A DNA stretch of 64,000 nucleotides from Escherichia coli (lineage in GTDB: Bacteria > Pseudomonadota > Gammaproteobacteria > Enterobacterales > Enterobacteriaceae), in NCBI RefSeq assembly GCF_003334355.1, contig NZ_QOWP01000005.1; one strand, 5' to 3'. Of this stretch, positions 50,763-61,703 are shown one piece after another. Position 1 is the stretch's first letter. The number at the start of each line of letters is the position of its first letter. The notes under the pieces are model-generated. The model did no database searches. It worked only from the letters and a program-made list of their open reading frames with translations, and was not told the DNA's origin. A program made the translations under genes and the position numbers.

Positions 50763-51338
50763 TCAGTCCATTAAATGTGACGTTTGCAAATAGTTAAGCA
50801 ATAACACCGTCTTACCGTCACGTATCTCGCCGGTTTTGATCATCTCCAGCGCCTGGCTGAACGGCAGCTCGAGCACTTCAATATCTTCATCTTCGACACC
50901 GCCACCGGCGTTAGCGCGCTGATTGTCACTGTATTCGGCGATAAAAAAGTGGATTAGCTCAGTCACACCGCCTGGCGACATATACAGTTCAAATAATTTG
51001 CGCACTTCACCCACTTCATAGCCCGTCTCTTCAATCGCTTCTTTGCGAATACACACTTCCGGTTCGTCGTTATCCAGCAGCCCGGCGCAGCTTTCAATCA
51101 GCTGCCCGCTTTTATTGCCATTAACCCAGGTAGCGACACGGAACTGACGAATCAGAACCACGGTCTTTTTCTTCGTGTTGTACAGGAGGATCGTCGCACC
51201 ATTGCCGCGATCGTACACTTCACGTTTATGGCGGATAACTTCGCCGTCTTTGCGCGTGAGATCGTAAGTAATGTTGTGCAGGGTGAAATAGTTATCGGAG
51301 AGAATTTTGTCTTTAATGAGGGTGATTTGTTGCGTCAT
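50763..51338 (-). CDS. nudK: GDP-mannose pyrophosphatase (Nudix hydrolase)
   Basis: 191 aa from [18 protein letters not shown]; Nudix box around [21 protein letters not shown]. Confidence 0.9.
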   Translation of the reverse strand: MTQQITLIKDKILSDNYFTLHNITYDLTRKDGEVIRHKREVYDRGNGATILLYNTKKKTVVLIRQFRVATWVNGNKSGQLIESCAGLLDNDEPEVCIRKEAIEETGYEVGEVRKLFELYMSPGGVTELIHFFIAEYSDNQRANAGGGVEDEDIEVLELPFSQALEMIKTGEIRDGKTVLLLNYLQTSHLMD

Positions 51339-51405
51339 ACCGACTCCACAGCGCGAAATGAACAATTATCTTACGCTGTGAAGTCGGGTTTGTCTGCGCA
51401 GGCTA

Positions 51406-53385
51406 TCAGTGAGATTTGACTGATTTTACCCCCAGCCAGTCAATAATCCCCTGTGCCGCATGACGTCCTTCTGCCATTGCGGTAACCACCAGATCCGCAC
51501 CACGCACGGCGTCACCACCAGCGAAGATTTTCGGATTGGTGGTCTGGTAACGGTACTGGCTTTCCACATCCGCGATGATGCGGCCCCATTTGTCTACCGT
51601 TACACCGTGCGACTCCAGCCACGGCATCCCGTGCGGATTGAAGCCAAACGCCATAATCACCGCGTCGGCTGGCATGACAAATTCACTGCCTTCCACCGGC
51701 ACTGGACGCCGACGCCCCTGGGCATCCGGCTCGCCAAGACGCGTGCGCAGGAAACGAATCCCGCAGACGTGACCTTGTTCATTCAGCTCAAGCGCCACCG
51801 GCTGGACGTTAAATTCGAAGTTGGCCCCCTCTTCGCGGGCGTTCTTCACTTCTTTCTTCGAGCCTGGCATGTTAGCTTCATCACGACGATAAGCGCAGGT
51901 GACGTTACTCGCGCCGTGGCGCAGTGCGGTACGCACACAGTCCATCGCGGTGTCGCCGCCGCCCAGTACCACGACGTTAAGTCCGGCGGTATTGATAAAC
52001 GGCTCTTCCGGTAGCTCTTCGAGCCCCATCACCTGTTTAGTGTTGGCAATGAGGAACGGCAGCGCGTCATAAACGCCCGGCGCATCTTCATTGGGTAAAC
52101 CCGCTTTCATGGAACGGTAAGTGCCTACGCCAACGAAGACCGCGTCGTATTGTTCCAAAAGCGAATCCAAAGAGACATCTTTACCCACTTCACAATTGAG
52201 TTCGAAGTGAATCCCCATCGCGCTGAAGATTTCCCGACGGCGTGCCAGCAGGGATTTATCCAGTTTGAAAGAAGGAATGCCGAAAGTGAGCAAGCCACCG
52301 ATTTCTGGATGGCGATCGTACACCGTCACCCCCACGCCATTGCGGGTCAGAACATCCGCACAGGCCAGCCCTGCCGGACCTGCACCGATAATCGCCACCC
52401 GCTTGTCCACTTTGGTGACATGGCTTAAGTCAGGACGCCAACCTTTCGCCAACGCCTGATCTGAAATGTAGCGTTCAATGTTGCCGATAGTTACCGCGCC
52501 GTGCTCATCGCGAATAGTACAGGCACCTTCACACAAACGGTCTTGCGGACAAACGCGTCCGGTAATTTCCGGCAGGGTGTTGGTCTGGTGAGAAAGCTCG
52601 ACGGCGGCGTCGATGTTTCCGGCTTTCACCAGTTCAATCCACTGCGGTATATGGTTATGCAGCGGGCAGGTCCATTCACAAACGCTGTGCTCGCCGCACT
52701 TAAGGCAGCGCGAGGCTTCCCGTTGTGCCTGGTCGGCGCGAAATGGCAGATAAATTTCATCAAAACCGGTTTTGCGCGCTTCAATCGCCAGTTTATCCGG
52801 CTCGCCACGCGCGGGCGTTGCCTGCATTTGTTCGACTTTACTCATTACCGGCATTTCTTGCGCCGCGGTACTGGCATGCCACGGTTGATGTTCCTGACGC
52901 GCGGTGCGCAAGCGGCGGGATTTCGCTATGCCGGAGAGTGCGACGTCAGTGACCAGTTGCAGCGCGTCCGCCGGGCAATTCTCAACACAGGCAGGACCGT
53001 TTTCGCGCCCCGCACAAAGGTCGCATTTATGCGCCGTGGCTTTTACTTTTCCTGCCGCGACGGGTGTCAGGACGATTTGCATCGTACCAAAAGGACAGGC
53101 CACCACGCAGGATTTACAGCCAATACACTTTTGCTGATTGACCTGAATGCTGTCATCAACGTGGCTGATTGCGCCATTAGGGCAGCTACGGGCGCAGGGC
53201 GCATCTTCACAATGGTGACAGGTCACTGCACTACGTTGCTGTTGATGTTTGATAACCGTAATTCGGGGATGAAAATGGTGTTGGCTCAGGACATGTTGCT
53301 CATCATTGTGAGCCATGACACAGGCGATTTCACAAGCATGACAACCCAGACATTGCTGACTGTTGGCCATAATAAAACGATTCAT
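51406..53385 (-). CDS. aegA: Fe-S / FAD-NAD(P)-binding oxidoreductase (glutamate synthase small-subunit-like)
   Basis: 659 aa; multiple 4Fe-4S ferredoxin Cys clusters at N-terminus, GAGPAG dinucleotide-binding motif. Confidence 0.9.
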   Translation of the reverse strand: MNRFIMANSQQCLGCHACEIACVMAHNDEQHVLSQHHFHPRITVIKHQQQRSAVTCHHCEDAPCARSCPNGAISHVDDSIQVNQQKCIGCKSCVVACPFGTMQIVLTPVAAGKVKATAHKCDLCAGRENGPACVENCPADALQLVTDVALSGIAKSRRLRTARQEHQPWHASTAAQEMPVMSKVEQMQATPARGEPDKLAIEARKTGFDEIYLPFRADQAQREASRCLKCGEHSVCEWTCPLHNHIPQWIELVKAGNIDAAVELSHQTNTLPEITGRVCPQDRLCEGACTIRDEHGAVTIGNIERYISDQALAKGWRPDLSHVTKVDKRVAIIGAGPAGLACADVLTRNGVGVTVYDRHPEIGGLLTFGIPSFKLDKSLLARRREIFSAMGIHFELNCEVGKDVSLDSLLEQYDAVFVGVGTYRSMKAGLPNEDAPGVYDALPFLIANTKQVMGLEELPEEPFINTAGLNVVVLGGGDTAMDCVRTALRHGASNVTCAYRRDEANMPGSKKEVKNAREEGANFEFNVQPVALELNEQGHVCGIRFLRTRLGEPDAQGRRRPVPVEGSEFVMPADAVIMAFGFNPHGMPWLESHGVTVDKWGRIIADVESQYRYQTTNPKIFAGGDAVRGADLVVTAMAEGRHAAQGIIDWLGVKSVKSH

Positions 53386-53590
53386 AACGACCTTCTTTTT
53401 TGGTTGTAAAAACCTTATTCTTTATATGAGTGTTGTTATTACCCGACTTACAGGGGAATCGGCAATGTTCATGTGCCCAGAATAAGTAACTATTTCGCTA
53501 TAAACTGTGGCAGATCAAATAATCCCATCACTGACTAAATTGCGTTTCAGCGAACTGGAACATTAATGATTTTTTGTGGAGAAGACGCGT

Positions 53591-55291
53591 GTGATTGTTA
53601 AACGACCCGTCTCGGCCAGTCTGGCCCGGGCCTTTTTTTACATTGTGCTGCTGTCGATTCTTTCCACGGGTATCGCTCTGCTAACTCTGGCGAGCAGTTT
53701 GCGCGACGCTGAGGCTATCAATATTGCCGGATCGCTGCGTATGCAGAGTTACCGCCTGGGCTACGACTTGCAAAGTGGCAGTCCACAACTCAATGCACAT
53801 CGCCAGTTATTTCAGCAGGCACTGCATTCACCGGTATTAACCAACCTCAACGTCTGGTATGTGCCAGAAGCAGTAAAAACTCGCTATGCGCATCTGAATG
53901 CCAACTGGCTGGAGATGAATAATCGGCTCAGCAAGGGCGATTTGCCGTGGTATCAGGCCAATATTAATAATTATGTTAATCAGATAGACCTGTTCGTACT
54001 GGCTTTACAGCACTACGCTGAACGCAAAATGCTGCTGGTGGTGGCGATTTCCCTGGCTGGCGGCATCGGTATTTTCACGCTGGTCTTTTTTACTTTGCGC
54101 CGCATACGCCATCAGGTGGTTGCCCCGCTGAATCAGCTGGTTACCGCCAGTCAGCGTATTGAACACGGGCAGTTCGACTCGCCGCCGCTGGATACCAACC
54201 TGCCGAATGAGCTTGGTCTGCTTGCAAAAACCTTTAACCAGATGTCGAGCGAGCTGCATAAATTGTACCGTTCGCTGGAAGCGTCAGTAGAAGAAAAGAC
54301 CCGCGATCTCCACGAGGCCAAGCGTCGTCTGGAGGTGTTGTATCAGTGTTCGCAGGCGCTGAACACTAGCCAGATTGATGTGCATTGTTTCCGCCATATT
54401 TTGCAGATTGTTCGCGACAATGAAGCGGCTGAATATCTGGAGTTAAATGTCGGTGAAAACTGGCGGATTAGCGAAGGGCAACCAAACCCGGAATTGCCGA
54501 TGCAGATTTTACCGGTGACAATGCAAGAGACGGTTTACGGCGAACTGCACTGGCAAAATAGTCACGTTTCATCATCAGAACCGCTACTTAACAGCGTTTC
54601 GTCGATGCTGGGACGCGGTTTGTACTTTAATCAGGCGCAGAAGCATTTTCAGCAATTATTGTTGATGGAAGAACGTGCGACCATCGCCCGCGAATTGCAC
54701 GACTCGCTGGCTCAGGTACTTTCTTACTTACGTATCCAGTTGACGTTACTGAAGCGTTCGATACCGGAAGATAACGCCACCGCACAAAGTATCATGGCCG
54801 ATTTTTCCCAGGCGTTGAATGATGCTTATCGGCAGTTACGCGAGCTGTTGACTACTTTCCGCCTGACGCTGCAGCAGGCGGATCTCCCCTCCGCATTGAG
54901 GGAAATGCTGGATACGTTACAAAATCAAACCAGCGCCAAACTGACCCTCGACTGCCGTCTGCCAACCCTGGCACTGGATGCGCAAATGCAGGTGCATTTG
55001 TTGCAAATTATTCGCGAAGCGGTGCTGAATGCGATGAAGCACGCCAACGCCAGCGAAATCGCCGTCAGTTGCGTCACCGCGCCGGACGGCAATCACACGG
55101 TTTATATCCGTGATAACGGGATTGGTATCGGTGAACCGAAAGAACCCGAAGGTCATTATGGTCTGAATATCATGCGCGAACGCGCGGAACGGCTAGGTGG
55201 GACGCTGACTTTTTCACAACCTTCCGGCGGCGGCACGTTAGTGAGTATTAGCTTTCGCTCTGCGGAGGGTGAGGAAAGTCAGTTAATGTAA
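53591..55291 (+). CDS. narQ: Nitrate/nitrite sensor histidine kinase
   Basis: 566 aa from GTG start (VIVKRPVSASLARAFF); two TM segments, HAMP, H-box ELHDSLAQ, ATPase domain. Confidence 0.93.
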   Translation: MIVKRPVSASLARAFFYIVLLSILSTGIALLTLASSLRDAEAINIAGSLRMQSYRLGYDLQSGSPQLNAHRQLFQQALHSPVLTNLNVWYVPEAVKTRYAHLNANWLEMNNRLSKGDLPWYQANINNYVNQIDLFVLALQHYAERKMLLVVAISLAGGIGIFTLVFFTLRRIRHQVVAPLNQLVTASQRIEHGQFDSPPLDTNLPNELGLLAKTFNQMSSELHKLYRSLEASVEEKTRDLHEAKRRLEVLYQCSQALNTSQIDVHCFRHILQIVRDNEAAEYLELNVGENWRISEGQPNPELPMQILPVTMQETVYGELHWQNSHVSSSEPLLNSVSSMLGRGLYFNQAQKHFQQLLLMEERATIARELHDSLAQVLSYLRIQLTLLKRSIPEDNATAQSIMADFSQALNDAYRQLRELLTTFRLTLQQADLPSALREMLDTLQNQTSAKLTLDCRLPTLALDAQMQVHLLQIIREAVLNAMKHANASEIAVSCVTAPDGNHTVYIRDNGIGIGEPKEPEGHYGLNIMRERAERLGGTLTFSQPSGGGTLVSISFRSAEGEESQLM

Positions 55292-55454
55292 TGCCTCCTA
55301 CTGACCAAAGAATACTTGCACTTAAGGTTCAGTATAAAAGGGCATGATAATTTACATTAACTCCTTTTTTTCTCCACGATTGGCTCGTACCTTGCCGCTA
55401 CAGTGAAGCAAGTCAAGCCTACAACGATACGCAGAAACACGAGGTCCTCTTTTA

Positions 55455-58400
55455 ATGGCGAATTTCTTTATTGATCGCCCCATTTTTGCCTGGGTGCTGG
55501 CAATCCTGTTGTGTCTGACAGGTACCCTGGCGATTTTTTCATTGCCCGTTGAACAATACCCCGATCTCGCGCCACCGAATGTGCGAGTGACCGCTAACTA
55601 TCCCGGCGCATCGGCCCAGACGCTGGAAAACACCGTGACCCAGGTTATCGAGCAAAATATGACCGGCCTCGATAATCTCATGTATATGTCATCTCAGAGC
55701 AGTGGCACCGGTCAGGCATCTGTCACTTTAAGTTTTAAAGCAGGCACCGATCCGGACGAAGCCGTGCAGCAAGTACAAAACCAGCTGCAATCAGCCATGC
55801 GAAAGTTACCGCAGGCGGTGCAAAATCAGGGCGTGACGGTGCGTAAAACCGGCGATACCAACATTCTGACCATTGCCTTCGTCTCTACCGATGGTTCGAT
55901 GGATAAACAGGATATTGCTGATTATGTTGCCAGTAATATTCAGGACCCGTTAAGCCGCGTAAATGGCGTCGGGGATATTGATGCCTATGGTTCGCAATAT
56001 TCCATGCGTATCTGGCTGGACCCGGCGAAACTCAACAGTTTCCAGATGACAGCTAAAGATGTCACTGATGCCATTGAGTCACAGAACGCGCAGATTGCGG
56101 TTGGGCAACTTGGTGGTACACCTTCCGTCGATAAGCAGGCGCTCAACGCCACCATTAACGCCCAGTCACTGCTGCAAACACCAGAACAGTTCCGCGATAT
56201 CACCTTGAGGGTGAATCAAGACGGCTCAGAGGTAAGGCTGGGCGATGTCGCCACCGTCGAAATGGGGGCGGAGAAATACGATTATCTTAGCCGCTTCAAT
56301 GGTAAGCCAGCCTCCGGGCTGGGGATAAAACTGGCCTCCGGCGCAAACGAAATGGCGACAGCGGAGCTGGTGCTCAATCGTCTCGACGAGCTGGCGCAGT
56401 ACTTCCCGCACGGACTGGAATACAAGGTGGCGTATGAAACCACCTCGTTTGTTAAAGCCTCCATTGAAGACGTGGTGAAAACGCTGCTGGAAGCTATCGC
56501 TCTGGTTTTCCTCGTTATGTATCTGTTCCTGCAAAACTTCCGCGCCACGCTGATACCCACTATCGCCGTGCCGGTGGTGTTGATGGGAACCTTCTCCGTA
56601 CTTTACGCCTTCGGTTACAGCGTCAACACCTTAACCATGTTCGCGATGGTGCTGGCGATCGGTCTGCTGGTGGATGACGCCATCGTGGTGGTGGAAAACG
56701 TCGAACGTATTATGAGTGAGGAAGGACTCACTCCTCGCGAAGCCACACGTAAATCGATGGGGCAGATCCAGGGGGCACTGGTCGGGATTGCGATGGTTCT
56801 TTCAGCGGTATTTGTACCAATGGCCTTCTTCGGCGGCACCACCGGTGCCATCTATCGCCAGTTCTCTATTACCATTGTTGCGGCGATGGTGCTGTCAGTA
56901 CTGGTAGCGATGATCCTCACTCCGGCTCTGTGTGCCACACTACTTAAGCCACTGAAAAAAGGTGAGCATCATGGGCAAAAAGGCTTTTTTGCCTGGTTTA
57001 ACCAGATGTTTAACCGCAACGCCGAACGCTACGAAAAAGGGGTGGCGAAAATTCTCCACCGTAGCCTGCGCTGGATTGTGATTTATGTCCTGCTGCTTGG
57101 CGGCATGGTGTTCCTGTTCCTGCGTTTGCCGACGTCGTTCTTACCGCTGGAAGACCGTGGCATGTTTACTACCTCGGTACAGTTGCCCAGCGGTTCAACG
57201 CAACAACAGACCCTGAAAGTCGTTGAGCAAATCGAGAAATACTACTTCACCCATGAAAAAGACAACATCATGTCGGTGTTTGCCACCGTTGGTTCTGGCC
57301 CTGGGGGTAACGGGCAAAACGTGGCGCGAATGTTTATCCGCCTGAAAGACTGGAGCGAACGCGACAGTAAGACCGGCACCTCGTTTGCCATTATCGAGCG
57401 TGCAACGAAGGCGTTTAACCAAATTAAAGAAGCTCGCGTTATCGCCAGCAGCCCGCCAGCAATTAGCGGTCTTGGTAGTTCTGCAGGTTTTGATATGGAG
57501 TTGCAGGACCACGCTGGAGCGGGTCACGATGCGCTGATGGCAGCACGTAATCAGTTGCTGGCGCTGGCGGCGGAAAACCCGGAGCTAACCCGTGTGCGCC
57601 ATAACGGCCTCGACGACAGTCCGCAGTTGCAGATTGATATCGACCAGCGTAAAGCTCAGGCGCTGGGCGTTGCTATCGACGATATTAACGACACACTGCA
57701 AACCGCCTGGGGTTCGAGCTATGTGAATGACTTTATGGATCGCGGTCGCGTGAAGAAAGTCTATGTGCAGGCAGCTGCGCCGTATCGCATGCTGCCAGAT
57801 GACATCAATCTCTGGTATGTCCGAAATAAAAATGGCGGCATGGTGCCCTTCTCTGCTTTCGCGACCTCACGCTGGGAAACAGGCTCGCCGCGTCTGGAAC
57901 GCTATAACGGTTATTCTGCGGTTGAGATTGTTGGGGAAGCCGCACCGGGGGTCAGTACCGGTACGGCGATGGATATTATGGAATCGTTAGTGAAGCAGCT
58001 GCCAAACGGCTTTGGTCTGGAGTGGACGGCGATGTCGTATCAGGAGCGGCTTTCCGGCGCGCAGGCTCCGGCGCTGTACGCCATTTCCTTGCTGGTGGTA
58101 TTCCTGTGTCTGGCTGCGTTGTATGAAAGCTGGTCGGTGCCGTTCTCGGTAATGCTGGTCGTGCCGCTGGGGGTAATCGGCGCGCTGCTGGCAACCTGGA
58201 TACGCGGGCTGGAAAACGACGTTTACTTCCAGGTGGGCCTGTTAACGGTCATTGGTTTATCGGCGAAAAACGCCATCCTGATCGTCGAGTTTGCTAACGA
58301 GATGAACCAAAAAGGCCACGACCTGTTTGAAGCGACGCTCCACGCCTGCCGTCAGCGTTTACGCCCGATTCTGATGACCTCGCTGGCATTTATCTTCGGC

Positions 58401-58568
58401 GTATTGCCAATGGCAACCAGCACGGGTGCCGGTTCCGGTGGTCAGCATGCGGTGGGTACTGGCGTAATGGGCGGGATGATTTCGGCCACTATTCTGGCTA
58501 TTTACTTCGTGCCGCTGTTCTTTGTACTGGTGCGCCGCCGCTTCCCGCTGAAGCCGCGCCCGGAATAA
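55455..58568 (+). CDS. acrD: RND-family multidrug efflux pump (aminoglycoside efflux)
   Basis: 1037 aa; N-terminus [18 protein letters not shown]; 12-TM RND architecture. Confidence 0.95.
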   Translation: MANFFIDRPIFAWVLAILLCLTGTLAIFSLPVEQYPDLAPPNVRVTANYPGASAQTLENTVTQVIEQNMTGLDNLMYMSSQSSGTGQASVTLSFKAGTDPDEAVQQVQNQLQSAMRKLPQAVQNQGVTVRKTGDTNILTIAFVSTDGSMDKQDIADYVASNIQDPLSRVNGVGDIDAYGSQYSMRIWLDPAKLNSFQMTAKDVTDAIESQNAQIAVGQLGGTPSVDKQALNATINAQSLLQTPEQFRDITLRVNQDGSEVRLGDVATVEMGAEKYDYLSRFNGKPASGLGIKLASGANEMATAELVLNRLDELAQYFPHGLEYKVAYETTSFVKASIEDVVKTLLEAIALVFLVMYLFLQNFRATLIPTIAVPVVLMGTFSVLYAFGYSVNTLTMFAMVLAIGLLVDDAIVVVENVERIMSEEGLTPREATRKSMGQIQGALVGIAMVLSAVFVPMAFFGGTTGAIYRQFSITIVAAMVLSVLVAMILTPALCATLLKPLKKGEHHGQKGFFAWFNQMFNRNAERYEKGVAKILHRSLRWIVIYVLLLGGMVFLFLRLPTSFLPLEDRGMFTTSVQLPSGSTQQQTLKVVEQIEKYYFTHEKDNIMSVFATVGSGPGGNGQNVARMFIRLKDWSERDSKTGTSFAIIERATKAFNQIKEARVIASSPPAISGLGSSAGFDMELQDHAGAGHDALMAARNQLLALAAENPELTRVRHNGLDDSPQLQIDIDQRKAQALGVAIDDINDTLQTAWGSSYVNDFMDRGRVKKVYVQAAAPYRMLPDDINLWYVRNKNGGMVPFSAFATSRWETGSPRLERYNGYSAVEIVGEAAPGVSTGTAMDIMESLVKQLPNGFGLEWTAMSYQERLSGAQAPALYAISLLVVFLCLAALYESWSVPFSVMLVVPLGVIGALLATWIRGLENDVYFQVGLLTVIGLSAKNAILIVEFANEMNQKGHDLFEATLHACRQRLRPILMTSLAFIFGVLPMATSTGAGSGGQHAVGTGVMGGMISATILAIYFVPLFFVLVRRRFPLKPRPE

Positions 58569-58573
58569 GCAAT

Positions 58574-58607
58574 AAAAAAGGCGACATGCTAATGTGTCGC
58601 CTTTTTC
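58574..58607 (+). terminator. Rho-independent terminator after acrD
   Basis: aaaaaaggcgacatgctaatgtgtcgcctttttc. Confidence 0.8.
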
Positions 58608-58666
58608 AACTTTCCGATTAAGAACCTGCTCAGCGGGTTCTTGCTGTTTGTACTTTGTCTCAGGAA

Positions 58667-58726
58667 TTACTTACGAAGCATAACTTCAATAAAGTCTTTC
58701 CAGTTCCCCAGTTCACGTTCAATCAT
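58667..58726 (-). CDS. ypfM: Very small protein YpfM (19 aa)
   Basis: Minus-strand translation MIERELGNWKDFIEVMLRK with GAGAGG RBS 5 nt upstream; found by hand, not in the supplied ORF track. Confidence 0.6.
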   Translation of the reverse strand: MIERELGNWKDFIEVMLRK

Positions 58727-59088
58727 AACAACCTCTCTTATAATTATGGGTATTCTACGGAAACAATATACCGTGGTGAAGCTAATTTACTCGATTGCTG
58801 CGATGACTACCTCCGGGGGACAAACCTTATGTAAATACTATGGTCCTGCGGTGATAATTTGTATGTGATACACAGCAACATTTCGAGATATTCATACGGC
58901 ATCTAATACTGATTTAATTCTGGTTAAAATACAGACAGATAACAAGATGAATATTCTTAATGTTTACGTTAAAAATGTTTAACATTATTTAATAGTTGTT
59001 AATTTGAATACTTCGATAATGTTATATTTCCTGATAATCATTTGCAGGCAAAATGTTTTCACCCTTAAATGAGTATTTATTCTCATAG

Positions 59089-59463
<375 letters not shown>

Positions 59464-59466
59464 TCT

Positions 59467-60594
59467 ATGTCGTGCCCGGTTATTGAGCTGACACAACAGC
59501 TTATTCGCCGCCCTTCCCTGAGTCCTGATGACGCAGGATGCCAGGCTTTGTTGATTGAACGTTTGCAGGCGATCGGTTTTACCGTTGAACGCATGGATTT
59601 TGCCGATACGCAGAATTTTTGGGCATGGCGTGGGCAAGGTGAAACGTTAGCCTTTGCCGGGCATACCGACGTGGTGCCGCCTGGCGACGCCGATCGTTGG
59701 ATCAATCCGCCGTTTGAACCGACCATTCGTGACGGCATGTTATTCGGGCGCGGCGCGGCAGATATGAAAGGCTCGCTGGCGGCGATGGTGGTAGCAGCAG
59801 AGCGTTTTGTCGCACAACATCCCAACCATACGGGGCGACTGGCATTTCTGATCACCTCTGATGAAGAAGCCAGTGCCCACAACGGTACGGTAAAAGTCGT
59901 CGAGGCGTTAATGGCACGTAATGAGCGTCTCGATTACTGCCTGGTCGGCGAACCGTCGAGTATCGAAGTGGTAGGTGATGTGGTGAAAAATGGTCGTCGC
60001 GGATCATTAACCTGCAACCTCACCATTCATGGCGTTCAGGGGCATGTTGCCTACCCGCATCTGGCTGACAATCCGGTACATCGCGCAGCACCTTTCCTTA
60101 ATGAATTAGTGGCTATTGAGTGGGATCAGGGCAATGAATTTTTCCCGGCGACCAGTATGCAGATTGCTAATATTCAGGCGGGAACGGGCAGTAACAACGT
60201 TATTCCGGGTGAACTGTTTGTGCAGTTTAACTTCCGCTTCAGCACCGAACTGACTGATGAGATGATCAAAGCACAGGTGCTTGCCCTGCTTGAAAAACAT
60301 CAACTGCGTTATACGGTGGACTGGTGGCTTTCCGGGCAGCCATTTTTGACCGCGCGCGGTAAACTGGTGGATGCGGTCGTTAACGCGGTTGAGCACTATA
60401 ATGAAATTAAACCGCAGCTACTGACCACAGGCGGAACGTCCGACGGGCGCTTTATTGCTCGCATGGGGGCGCAGGTGGTGGAACTCGGGCCGGTCAATGC
60501 CACTATTCATAAAATTAATGAATGTGTGAACGCTGCCGACCTGCAGCTACTTGCCCGTATGTATCAACGTATCATGGAACAGCTCGTCGCCTGA
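59467..60594 (+). CDS. dapE: Succinyl-diaminopimelate desuccinylase
   Basis: 375 aa M20 metallopeptidase fold. Confidence 0.95.
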
Positions 60595-60621
60595 TGAGTG
60601 GTTCTGCAAGAGGAAATAAGC

Positions 60622-60822
60622 ATGGACTGGCTGGCTAAATATTGGTGGATTCTGGTGATTGTCTTTTTGGTAGGCGTCCTGCTGAACGTGATTAAAGATC
60701 TCAAGCGCGTCGACCATAAGAAATTTCTCGCCAACAAGCCGGAGCTTCCCCCGCATCGTGATTTCAACGATAAGTGGGACGATGACGACGACTGGCCGAA
60801 AAAGGATCAACCGAAGAAGTAA
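60622..60822 (+). CDS. ypfN: Small membrane protein YpfN
   Basis: 66 aa from [21 protein letters not shown] (single TM), acidic C-terminus. Confidence 0.8.
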
Positions 60823-60837
60823 GCTGAGTGCTCAACC

Positions 60838-60917
60838 GTAGGCCGGATAAGGCGTTAACGCCGCATCCGGCAATGGTGAACGATGCCTGATGCGACGCTC
60901 ACGCGTCTTATCAGGCC
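60838..60917. repeat. REP/BIME pair
   Basis: gtaggccggataaggcgttaacgccgcatccggca and gcctgatgcgacgctcacgcgtcttatcaggcc. Confidence 0.8.
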
Positions 60918-60931
60918 AGGTAATCTGTCTT

Positions 60932-61630
60932 TTACATCATTTCAATCACATCATCATCGCCAGGCTTACCGCCACTTAGCGCTTCGTCGAAATAATGTTT
61001 CGGAATGGTATAACGCAAGTGATCCAGGGCAAATTGCATACTGCGATTGTCGATCGCATGGCCTAAATCCTCCACGATATCCAGCGTCACGTCACCACCG
61101 GCACTGATTAACGCTTCCTGCGCCGCAACCGCATGCGCCAGATCGATAACCGGATCTTCACCACCATGAATCAAGTGAATTGTTGTGGCTGTAGACGCGG
61201 TTTCCGGCAGGCTCGCATAGCGTCCGTTAAAGGCAATGACGCGCGAAGCAAGGCCCGGTTCGGCTTTAATGCTCTCCAGCGCCATAATCGCGCCTTGTGA
61301 GAAACCAATTAGCGCCGTGGCATTAGCCCCTACTCCGCTCTGTTTCTGCCAGTAGCGTACCGTCTCAATAAACGTCGGCATGATGGCATCCACACGCGCC
61401 TGGCGATTATCTTCCGTAATACCCTGCACCGAAAACCACTGACGCCCCGCCGGATTACCGCTCGGCTCCGCGCCACCGACACTCACCACCAGCGCATCAG
61501 GAAACAGCGGTGCAAACCAGCTACCTATTTCCCCCATTGCCACCGGGTTATCCCCGACACCGTGGAAAAGCAGTAACAACTGTTGCGCAGGTTTATCCGG
61601 GCTTTGAACAACAAAATGGTCATGTTTCAT
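60932..61630 (-). CDS. ypfH: Esterase / alpha-beta hydrolase
   Basis: 232 aa from MKHDHFVVQSP; GxSxG nucleophile motif GFSQG. Confidence 0.9.
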   Translation of the reverse strand: MKHDHFVVQSPDKPAQQLLLLFHGVGDNPVAMGEIGSWFAPLFPDALVVSVGGAEPSGNPAGRQWFSVQGITEDNRQARVDAIMPTFIETVRYWQKQSGVGANATALIGFSQGAIMALESIKAEPGLASRVIAFNGRYASLPETASTATTIHLIHGGEDPVIDLAHAVAAQEALISAGGDVTLDIVEDLGHAIDNRSMQFALDHLRYTIPKHYFDEALSGGKPGDDDVIEMM

Positions 61631-61703
61631 GGCGAACTCCTTAACTGATGTCATTAATTTTACGCCGCTGACTCACAATGACCATGGGAGAAAATTGAAG
61701 GAG

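Noticed and set aside
58641-58868. Track ORF 75 aa on plus strand in the acrD-yffB spacer
   Set aside because: No RBS, overlaps the better-supported minus-strand ypfM ORF, AT-rich low-complexity translation.
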